Positions 54,922 to 63,800 of a stretch of DNA of 64,000 bases are shown piece by piece (the first letter of the stretch is position 1; every line of letters begins with the position of its first letter). Made by a program: the position numbers and the translations under genes. The stretch covers positions 3,466-67,465 of the forward strand of contig CAYXFX010000001.1 of the NCBI GenBank assembly GCA_964464405.1, read 5' to 3'. The DNA is from an uncultured Candidatus Saccharibacteria bacterium (GTDB lineage Bacteria > Patescibacteriota > Minisyncoccia > UBA11713 > 2-01-FULL-45-33). A model generated the notes under the pieces. It did not search any database. It was not told the origin of the DNA and saw only the letters and a program-made list of their open reading frames with translations.

Positions 54922-56481
54922 TTGCTCCTCTTATCTACCTGCACTATACTTTTATCAGATAAGAAAAGCAAACGGAGCACAAAAGTTATGGCCATACTGC
55001 CTGTCTATCAGATGTTTCTAAGAAGTAAAAGTTTTTTTCCTAAAAAACCAGCAATAATTTTTGAAGGTTTAGGCGGATTGGGGCGCGTACTTACATACCA
55101 AGATTTGCATAACGAAGTGGAACGGGTGGTGCATTTGATTTTGGATCATACTGACTTGGCGAGTCATCCTGCTTGCAGGGTGTCCGTATGCCTTCCAAAT
55201 TCTCCAGATTTCGTTTCTGTCTATCTTGCTCTTTTAAAATTAGGGATGGTGAGTGTTTTAATAAATCCGGCGCTGCCGGAGACAAGAAGAAACCAAATTG
55301 TTTACGATACCGCCTCAAAACTTTTAATTGATGAAAATTGGCTGAAAACATTCCGAAAGTCGTGTTACCTTTGCGAGTACGAATTTTCGAATTGTCTGAA
55401 AAACGCAGAACCCAAAGCCGACGACACTTCAGTTATTCTTTTTTCGTCGGGGACAACAGGAGAGCAGAAAGGTGTTGAGCTTACATATAACAATATTTTT
55501 AATAATGTTTTTTACACAAATTCGCTTACTGGCATGACGCCGGATGATAGGATAATGTGCTTTGTTCCTCTTACGCATTGTTTCGGGTTAAATTTTGTAA
55601 TGAGCGCTTGTTTTTATACCGGCGCAACGCTGGTGCTTCATGAGAAGTTTAATTTGGAACAAGTGCTTGATTCTTGTGTAAAAAATCGTGCGACGATGTT
55701 TTTTGCGGTGCCGGCGGTTTACAACACATGTTTAAAGTTTGGAATTGAACCGTTTTATTTTTCCTCCGTGCGTTATTTCTTCTACGCGGCTGATTCTCTT
55801 TCTCCAGAATCGTGCGACAGGTGGGAGCGCGAATATGGCAGGAAAATTTACACAGGGTGGGGCTTAACTGAAACTTCTCCATTTGCGACATCGAATCACG
55901 CTTCTATATTTAGGCGCGGAAGTGTGGGGAGGCCGATTCCTGGAGTGGAAATCCAAATTGTAAACGAGAACGGAAAAGATTTGGGTAAAGTGAAAAGATT
56001 TTGGGGTAATTATAAAAATTATTGCGGAGAAATTCGAGTGCGCGGGCATAATGTTATGAAAGGATATTTAAATAATCCCGAGGAAACAAAAAAAGCAATT
56101 GACAAAGATGGATGGTTTAGCACCGGGGATATTGGGTACATAGATTCGGAAGGTTATCTTCATATGATAGATAGAAAAAAAGATATGATTAATGTGGGAG
56201 GAGAAAAAGTTTGGCCGGCTATGGTTGAAAAAAGAATTCTTGCGTGCGACGCGGTGTGCGAAGTTGCCGTAGTGGGTATTCCTCATGAAACCATGGGAGA
56301 GGTACCGAAAGCTTTTATTGTTCCGAAAAATAAGAAAGTTACAAAGGCGCAGATTCATGAATTTTTATCTTCTAAAAAAATACTGACAAAAAACGAGTAT
56401 CCGAGAGAAATAGAATTCATTGATGCGTTGCCTAGAAATCCTTCCGGCAAGATTTTAAAAAATGAATTGAGAAAAAAATAA
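54922..56481 (+). CDS. AMP-forming acyl/aryl-CoA ligase, 4-coumarate-CoA ligase-like
   Basis: ILFSSGTTGEQKGVELTYNN (box I), GEIRVRGHNVMKGYLNNPEETKKAIDKDGWFSTGDIGYID (closely resembles 4CL box II GEICIRG..IMKGYLN), GWGLTETS. Confidence 0.8.
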   Translation: MLLLSTCTILLSDKKSKRSTKVMAILPVYQMFLRSKSFFPKKPAIIFEGLGGLGRVLTYQDLHNEVERVVHLILDHTDLASHPACRVSVCLPNSPDFVSVYLALLKLGMVSVLINPALPETRRNQIVYDTASKLLIDENWLKTFRKSCYLCEYEFSNCLKNAEPKADDTSVILFSSGTTGEQKGVELTYNNIFNNVFYTNSLTGMTPDDRIMCFVPLTHCFGLNFVMSACFYTGATLVLHEKFNLEQVLDSCVKNRATMFFAVPAVYNTCLKFGIEPFYFSSVRYFFYAADSLSPESCDRWEREYGRKIYTGWGLTETSPFATSNHASIFRRGSVGRPIPGVEIQIVNENGKDLGKVKRFWGNYKNYCGEIRVRGHNVMKGYLNNPEETKKAIDKDGWFSTGDIGYIDSEGYLHMIDRKKDMINVGGEKVWPAMVEKRILACDAVCEVAVVGIPHETMGEVPKAFIVPKNKKVTKAQIHEFLSSKKILTKNEYPREIEFIDALPRNPSGKILKNELRKK

Positions 56482-56502
56482 AACCGCATGAGCGGTTTTT
56501 TT
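56482..56502. terminator. bidirectional terminator AACCGC-ATGA-GCGGTT + T-run
   Basis: Between convergent CoA ligase (+) and sigma factor (-). Confidence 0.6.
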
Positions 56503-56509
56503 AGTAAAC

Positions 56510-57529
56510 TTAAACAGCGAACTTGAGTTCTAAGATAGGTTTACAATCTGGGTTTTTTTCAGAGATGGGCTTCGATATATGAAGTTGTTGGAAAGATTGA
56601 ACTGTAATTCCAGTTAAATTTTCTAGTTCGCGCATGCGCCAAATTTCTGCATTTAGAATGCTGTCGTTTCCTATGATTCCATTTTTGTTTAATTTTTTCC
56701 ATACTCTTTGGCAATAAATCCATACGCAAGTATGAGTAACGCCGAATTGTTGGCCTACGGACTTCATGCTTTTTATCTCGAAAGAATGGTCATCAAGCCC
56801 GAATCTAACTTTAAACATTTCTAATGCGTTGTGGTTTATTGCATTAGATAACTCATCCAATTTTTGTATAAAATATTTTAACCTACAGAAAGTTCTAGAC
56901 AGTTCCTCTTTTGCTAAAAAAAGTTTTTCTGGCCCTAAACTAGAAGGGTCGGCAACTATTTCCAATAAATTGCCTTTTTTGCCGTTCTTTTTGTTATCTA
57001 AAGCTTCCATGGGTATGGGTGTTTCAATAAAAGATAGAATAGAGTTTTTAATTTCGGCTCTTGGCTTATGCATTACAGTCGCTATTTCTCCGATTGTCGG
57101 CGCACGCCCCAATTTTTCTGCCAATTTATCAGAGACAAATGAGATTTTGTTCCGGTTAATTTGTGCGGGTACCGATATTCTGATTATTCCATTATTTTGT
57201 ATTGCTCGCCGTATAAAAGCGTGAATCCAATAAATTGCGAATGTGTATAATTTAAGATTTCTTTTATAATCAAATTTGTTAACTGCCTTACGAAGCCCCA
57301 GCGTCCCTTCTTGAATTAAATCCAAAAAATCCATTCCTCGATTTAAATAATTTTTTGCAATATAAATTACGAGTCTAAGATTATGTAAAATCAGTTTTGT
57401 GCCCGCGTCCGAATCATTATTTTCACGGCATTGTCTGGCAAGGATTTGTTCTTCTTCTTTAGTCAAAAGCGGATACTTTTTAATTTCGGCAAGGAACAAT
57501 TTAAGGTTCCTATTTTCAAGGTTTTTCAT
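56510..57529 (-). CDS. RNA polymerase sigma-70 family factor (RpoD-like, regions 2-4) with C-terminal extension
   Basis: Region 2 DLIQEGTLGLRKAVNKFDYKRNLKLYTFAIYWI, regions 3 and 4 recognisable; ~60 extra C-terminal residues. Confidence 0.8.
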   Translation of the reverse strand: MKNLENRNLKLFLAEIKKYPLLTKEEEQILARQCRENNDSDAGTKLILHNLRLVIYIAKNYLNRGMDFLDLIQEGTLGLRKAVNKFDYKRNLKLYTFAIYWIHAFIRRAIQNNGIIRISVPAQINRNKISFVSDKLAEKLGRAPTIGEIATVMHKPRAEIKNSILSFIETPIPMEALDNKKNGKKGNLLEIVADPSSLGPEKLFLAKEELSRTFCRLKYFIQKLDELSNAINHNALEMFKVRFGLDDHSFEIKSMKSVGQQFGVTHTCVWIYCQRVWKKLNKNGIIGNDSILNAEIWRMRELENLTGITVQSFQQLHISKPISEKNPDCKPILELKFAV

Positions 57530-57893
57530 GTCTTTCCTTGTGTTGGAGATTTACCTTTTGTAATTTTACTATTATTTAGTATAAAAGTCAAGCAAAAACA
57601 ATATATGAAAGGAGAAAAACAAATTCTAAACCACAGCGTCATCGCATGTCACGGGTTTTTTGTTGATGAATATTTTGTAAAGCCGGAGTTGTGTTCGTTA
57701 AATATTTTAATTAAGTTCTTAGTAGCGCCGATGTAAAAACTTTTGTCTTTCAAACTCTGGATTATGTAAACGTAGTACATAAACAAAATATAAAGAAATG
57801 CCCTCTGTCGCACAAGGCTATGGAGGGCACTCCTTTGCAGTTTTTGTTTCGAAGTGCTGCGCACTCCGTAGCTTCCTTTTGGAAGCGAAGGAG

Positions 57894-58244
57894 TGGAAGT
57901 GGGCGGGATCGAACCGCCGTCGGAAAAGCGCAAGAATTGCGGTTTACAAGCTTATCCTGCAAAATGCAAGAAATTTTTGCTCCTTTTTCAAACATTGCCT
58001 CGGAGCTTTTAACAATGCGCGCCTCGCTGTATTACACCTCTTACCTCGTAGCGAGAATCGGAGAAGAGATGCCTACGCTAAATTTAAGCGTAAGAAGTTG
58101 CGAGCTGCATTGGCCTCAACGCATTCGCTACTTTTGAAAATAAGTTTGCACTTATTGGTTGTGCTGACAGTTTATGGAGATAACGGCACATACTCCGCCT
58201 GAGCGCAAAATCAGTTGCTTTTCCTCGAATCCTAATTCACCCCC
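57894..58244 (-). ncRNA. ssrA: tmRNA (ssrA)
   Basis: 5' GGGGGUGAAUUAGGAUUCGAGG pairs with 3' ..CACUUCCA giving tRNA-Ala-like acceptor with G3:U wobble; T-arm GGCGG-UUCGAUC-CCGCC; internal region around AAUAAGU-GCA-AAC resembles the E. coli resume site; putative tag ORF GCA..UAA (58149..58084); smpB is adjacent. Confidence 0.8.
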
Positions 58245-58249
58245 GTATA

Positions 58250-58696
58250 TTATATTTCTTTCAAAGTGCGTTCGATTTTTCTTTTGTCTTCCCGTTCTTT
58301 AATTCTTTCGCGTTTGTCGTGCTGTTTAAATTTCCTTGCAATTGCAATTTCGAGCTTTATTCTCGAACCCTTAGTATACACCCGAATTGGGAGGATTGTC
58401 AATCCTCGTATTGCCGCTTTTCCTATCAAATAATCAATTTCTTTTTTATGCAAAAGCAGTTTTCGATCTCTTGAAGGATCGTATTCTTTCGGAGTGTTTT
58501 TCGGCTGATACGGGGAGACGTTTGCTCCCACCAAATAAAATTCGCCGCGTCTCGGAAAAACATAAGAACCTTCCAAACTCATTTTATGAGTTTTTATTGC
58601 TTTTACTTCATGCCCAAAAAGCTCAAGCCCCGCTTCAAAGGTTTCGAGCCATTCAAATTCAAACTTTGCTTTTCTGTTTTCCGCTAAAACTGCCAT
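58250..58696 (-). CDS. smpB: SsrA-binding protein SmpB
   Basis: SmpB family motifs (GHEVKAIK, LLLHKKEI), stop 5 nt before tmRNA 5' end. Confidence 0.9.
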   Translation of the reverse strand: MAVLAENRKAKFEFEWLETFEAGLELFGHEVKAIKTHKMSLEGSYVFPRRGEFYLVGANVSPYQPKNTPKEYDPSRDRKLLLHKKEIDYLIGKAAIRGLTILPIRVYTKGSRIKLEIAIARKFKQHDKRERIKEREDKRKIERTLKEI

Positions 58697-58776
58697 GCTC
58701 TTATTTTGACAAATTACTCCTAATCGCGCTAGCTTACACGCTTTTTTTATTCATTATTTTAAGCTAGAGTTAAGTT

Positions 58777-60306
58777 ATGCTCAGAGCACAAATTAGAGAG
58801 GAAATAGCAAAAATTGTCGGGGACGAAATTAAATTTTCTGTTGAAGCGTCAGACAATCCGGAGCATGGAGATTATTCTTCCAACGCTGCTTTAGTGATTG
58901 CGAAACAAGAAGGCAGAAATCCAAAAGAAGTTGCGGAAAAACTAAAAAATAGTTTACTTAGCAACCGAGTTGCTAAGTTGGTTGAAAGAATAGAAGTTGC
59001 TGGCCCAGGATTTTTGAATTTTTTTATCAGCTCCGCCAGCCTGAGGACCGCGCTGTTAGAAAAACTTTCGGATAAAAAATTTGGTCTCGCGTTTTCCGGT
59101 TCGCCGAAGCGGATCAATCTTGAATTTGTTTCCGCAAATCCGACCGGCCCTTTAACTATGGCAAATGGAAGGGGCGGTTTTTATGGAGATGTTTTGGCAA
59201 ACATTTTGGAAGCAGTTGGTCATAAGGTTACGCGCGAATACTATATCAACGATGCTGGCAATCAGGTGCGACTGTTGGGAGAATCAATTGAAGCGGCAGA
59301 AGGCAAGCGCGAGATGAAAGAAGAATATTATCAGGGTGAATACATTAAAGATCTTGCGGGGATGAGTTCCACAAAAGCAATTCAGAAATTGCTGAAAGAT
59401 ATAAAAATTTCTCTTAAGAAAGCAGGAATCAAATTTAATGTCTGGTTCTCGGAAGAAAAAAAGTTACGCAAAACAGGCGAATTTAAAAAAACTTTGCAGG
59501 AGTTTAAAAAAAAAGGACTAATTGAAAAAAGAGACGGGGCTGTTTGGTTTGGAGACAGGGTTTTAATAAAATCTGGCGGCGACCCCACTTACTTATTAGT
59601 AGATATAGCTTATCTCCACAATAAAATCATTACACGGAAATTTGATGAAGCGATAATTATTCTTGGTGCTGATCATCATGCTGAAGCGGAACAAGTTAAA
59701 AAGTGCGCTGTTGTTTTGGGAATACCGGAAGAAAAAGTAAAAATTTTTCTTCTGCAGCTCGTAAGGCTAGTGTCTCAGGGCAAAGAAGTGCGCATGTCTA
59801 AGCGTTCGGGAAAGTACGTAATGCTTGATGAGCTTTTGGAACAGGTCCCGGTGGATGTTGCAAGATGGTTTTTTTTAGAGCGTACACTGTCAACCCACAT
59901 GGATTTTGATCTGGACTTGGCAAAAGAGCGTTCCAAGAAAAATCCGGTATACTATGTGCAATACGCGCACGCAAGGGGCTGTTCAATTCTTAGCAAAGCG
60001 AAAATTCAAAAGTTAAAAGTAGATTTAAAGTTATTAAGCGAACCCGAAGAACTCGCGCTTATTAAAAAAATCTTGCAGATCCCCGAAATTATTGAAGATA
60101 TTTCAACTGATTATCAAGTAAACCGGCTTACTCGCTATACATATGAGCTTGCGCGAATGTTCACCAATTTTTATGAGAAGCATAAGATTATTAATGAAAA
60201 AAACCCAGAGTTAACCGGCGCGCGTCTTTTTTTGGTGAGTGCTGCCAAAGAAACGCTGGCTTTCACACTTTCTTTAATGGGTATTTCCGCTCCGAAAAAA
60301 ATGTAA
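58777..60306 (+). CDS. argS: arginyl-tRNA synthetase (compact form)
   Basis: N-terminal Arg_tRNA_synt_N-like, SANPTGPLTMANGRGG class I core, C-terminal anticodon-binding DALR-like region. Confidence 0.8.
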   Translation: MLRAQIREEIAKIVGDEIKFSVEASDNPEHGDYSSNAALVIAKQEGRNPKEVAEKLKNSLLSNRVAKLVERIEVAGPGFLNFFISSASLRTALLEKLSDKKFGLAFSGSPKRINLEFVSANPTGPLTMANGRGGFYGDVLANILEAVGHKVTREYYINDAGNQVRLLGESIEAAEGKREMKEEYYQGEYIKDLAGMSSTKAIQKLLKDIKISLKKAGIKFNVWFSEEKKLRKTGEFKKTLQEFKKKGLIEKRDGAVWFGDRVLIKSGGDPTYLLVDIAYLHNKIITRKFDEAIIILGADHHAEAEQVKKCAVVLGIPEEKVKIFLLQLVRLVSQGKEVRMSKRSGKYVMLDELLEQVPVDVARWFFLERTLSTHMDFDLDLAKERSKKNPVYYVQYAHARGCSILSKAKIQKLKVDLKLLSEPEELALIKKILQIPEIIEDISTDYQVNRLTRYTYELARMFTNFYEKHKIINEKNPELTGARLFLVSAAKETLAFTLSLMGISAPKKM

Positions 60307-60307
60307 T

Positions 60308-60844
60308 ATGCCGTTTTATTTTATAACCGGAAACAAAAATAAATTTGAGGAAATAAAAGCCGTTTTTCCTGCAATTGAAATGCTGGAGATAGACTTGCAC
60401 GAAATTCAGGAAATTGATCCGCACAAAATTATTGAGCATAAATTAACCGAAGCGTTGAAGCATCATTCAGGAGAATTTATTATTGAGGATACTTCATTAT
60501 ATTTGGAAGCGTTAAACGGTTTGCCCGGACCGCTAGTTAAATGGTTTTTAAAAACAATAGGCAATAGCGGACTTGCGGAAATTGCGGAAAAACTTAATAA
60601 CGGCAAAGCAGAAGCTAAAACAATAATCGGATATGCAAATGGAAAGGATATTCAATTTTTTGAAGGGCAGGTTGCGGGAACGATTGTTTTTCCGCGCGGA
60701 GAAACAGGCTTTGGATGGGATGTTATTTTTCAGCCCGAAGGGTACGCAAAAACTTTTGCAGAAATGAGCGAAGAAGAAAGAGCTGGCTTGAAAATGCGCC
60801 GAATCGCTGCGTTGAAACTCAAAGAATTTCTAAAGTCCTTTTAA
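60308..60844 (+). CDS. rdgB: non-canonical purine NTP pyrophosphatase (RdgB/Ham1)
   Basis: ITGNKNKFEE, EDTSL, GFGWDVIFQPEG. Confidence 0.85.
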   Translation: MPFYFITGNKNKFEEIKAVFPAIEMLEIDLHEIQEIDPHKIIEHKLTEALKHHSGEFIIEDTSLYLEALNGLPGPLVKWFLKTIGNSGLAEIAEKLNNGKAEAKTIIGYANGKDIQFFEGQVAGTIVFPRGETGFGWDVIFQPEGYAKTFAEMSEEERAGLKMRRIAALKLKEFLKSF

Positions 60845-60873
60845 AAAAGGGCTTTTTTTGTTATACTTTTTTT

Positions 60874-63800
60874 ATGTCGGCAAAGAAAAATGAAGAAAAA
60901 AACGAAAAAGAAGGGTCATCTTTTTCTTTTCCAAAAATGGAAGAGGAGATTTTGGAATTTTGGGAGGCAAATAAAATTTTTGAGAAGAGCGTTGAGCAAA
61001 GAAAAAAAGGACAGCCGTTTGTTTTTTATGAAGGGCCTCCTACTGCAAACAATATTCCTCATATGGGACATTTTGAAACGCGTGTTTTTAAAGACGTGAT
61101 TTTGAGATATAAAACAATGCGCGGTTTTTATGCGCCTCGACGCGCCGGGTGGGATACTCACGGTTTGCCGGTTGAAGTGGAAGTAGAAAAACGTTTGGGA
61201 ATAAAAAATAAAAAAGAAATCGAAGAATACGGAGTCGCGGAATTTAACAAAAAATGCAGAGAATCCGTTTGGCAGTACAAAGAACTTTGGGAGAAGATGA
61301 CTTCGCGTATGGGCTTCTGGATAGATATGGGCCGTCCGTACATTACTTATGAAAATTCTTACATTGAATCTCTTTGGGCGATCATCAAAAAGTTTTCAGA
61401 TAATAAATATTTGTACGAAGACTACAAGGTTGTTCCCTGGTGCGCAAGATGCGGAACGGCGCTTTCTTCGCACGAGGTAGCTCAAGGATATGAAAAAGTA
61501 AAAGAGGAGTCGGTTTATGTAAAATTTAAAGTGAAAGCGGAGGGGGATTGGGCAGGCACTTCTTTTTTGGTGTGGACTACTACGCCATGGACATTGCCAG
61601 GGAATGTTGCGCTTGCAGTAAATCCAAAAATCGAATATGTGGTTGTAGAAAAAGATGGAGAACGTCTGATTTTGGCGGAAGCAAGAGTTTCTGTTTTGGG
61701 AGAAGGTTGGAAATTGTTGAAAAAAATTAGTGGTAAGGAACTCGCCGGTCTTCAATACATACCACTTTATAAATCCGAGCTTGTTTCAGATAAATCTAAA
61801 AATATATATGTAGTTGTCGAGGGCGATTTTGTTTCCACTGAAGAAGGCACCGGAATAGTTCATATTGCACCAGCTTTCGGAGATGATGACTTTCAGATTT
61901 CAAAAAAGTATGACTTGCCTGTTTTGGTTTCGACGAACGAAAGAGGGCTCATGCAAACGCCTAAAACGCCTTGGGATGGAGAATGGTTCAAGAAAGCAGA
62001 TAAAAGGATAACCGAAGATTTAAAATCACGCAGGATTTTATTTAAATCAGAAATTTACGAGCACGATTACCCTTTTTGCTGGCGATGTAAAAATCCGTTA
62101 ATGTATTTTGCGCGGAAAGCATGGTGGATTGACGTAAATGCAGTCCGTGAAAAACTTTTGGAAAACAACGAGCAAATAAATTGGTTTCCGGATCATATTA
62201 AGCACGGGAGATTCGGAGAGTGGTTAAAGGAAAAAAAGAATTGGGCATTTTCCCGCGAACGATATTGGGGTACTCCTCTTCCTGTATGGAGATGCGATCC
62301 TCAAGCCGGAGGATGCGGGAAATTGGAAGTAATCGGTTCGATTGAAGAGTTAAGTACGCGCGCCGCAAGCTCCGGCAACCGCTACTTGATGATGCGTCAC
62401 GGAGAAAGCGAAAATAATGTTGCTAGAATTTTGAGTTCTAACATAGAAAAAGACAATTATGGCCTGACCTCAAATGGGAAAAAACAAGTCGAAAAAACCG
62501 CAAAGGAAATATTGAAAAAAAATATAAAAATTGACTTGATATTTACCTCTCCATTTTTAAGATCCAAGCAATCTGCCGACGAAATTGCGCGTATTTTAAA
62601 TATTGATGAGAGTAAAGTGGAAATTGATCCCAGATTTTCAGAAATAAATTTCGGAATTCTTTCCGATAGATCCTATTCGGAATACGATGAATTTTTTGAA
62701 ACGCCGGAAGATCAATTTTCTAAGGCACCTTCCGACGGCGAGACACTCGCGGATGTTAAAAAAAGAGTATATGCGGCCATTTTGGAAATTGAATCAAGAT
62801 ATAAAAATAAAAATATTTTAATTGTTGCGCACGAGGACTCTTTATGGATGCTATGGGCTTCTGTTTTGGGAAAGGACGAAAAAGAAACTCGAAAAGCAAA
62901 AGAAAATAACGGCGGAGATTATATAAAAAACGGGGAACTTATTGAACTTGACGCCGGAGGTTTATGTTTGCCTAAAGACGAGAAGTTTGTTTTGGATCTG
63001 CATAAGCCTTATATAGATAAAGTGACTCTTAAATGCGAGTGCGAGGGTGAGATGAAAAGAGTTCCCGAGGTGTGCGATGTCTGGTTTGATTCGGGTTCCA
63101 TGCCTTTTGCACAGATGCATTGGCCTTTCGATAACAATTTAGAATATCCCGCAGACTATATAGTAGAAGCTGTGGATCAGACGCGCGGGTGGTTTTATAA
63201 TCTTCTTTCGGTAGGAACACTTCTGGGATTTGATGCGCCGTATAAAAATGTAATTTCTTTGGGGCATGTTTTAGATTCAAATGGAAAAAAAATGTCTAAA
63301 TCTTTAGGCAACGTTGCTGATCCCATGATGCTAGTTGAAAAATATGGGGCGGATCCTGCGCGATGGTATTTTTTTACAATAAATCAGCCATGGGATTCAA
63401 AATTATTTAAAGAAGACGACATAAAAGACGCATCCCGCAGATTTTTTATGATTTTGTGGAATGTACTTAAGTTTTATAAAATGTATGAAAGCGTAAAAAA
63501 AAGCGCATCTGTTAAAGCGCCAAAATTCATTATTAATAAATGGGCGCTTATAAAACTTTCGGAAATTTCGGAATCTATTACAAAAAAATTAGATGCGTAC
63601 GACGTTGTGGGAGCTGCGCGCGATTTGGAAAATTTTGTTACGGAAGATATTTCCCGTTGGTATGTTCGGAGAATCAGGGATGTGATGAAAAACGAATCAG
63701 ATGATTCAAAAGAAACAGCGCAAGTTTTGATTCATTTGCTTTCAGAGATTTCTAAATTGCTGGCGCCATTTGCTCCTTTTATTTCGGAAAAAATTTGGCA

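Noticed and set aside
57530-57893. Possible extra small RNA between the sigma-70 gene and tmRNA
   Set aside because: The hairpins here (GCTTCC-TTTT-GGAAGC and GCCCTC..GAGGGC) are best explained as the tmRNA transcription terminator plus the sigma-factor promoter region. No independent conserved structure is recognisable.
60890-61161. ORF-track entries 60890-61099 (+) and 60916-61161 (-) at the start of the ileS region
   Set aside because: A different + frame starting at ATG 60874 encodes an uninterrupted IleRS to the window end. The track evidently lists only ORFs with a stop inside the window.
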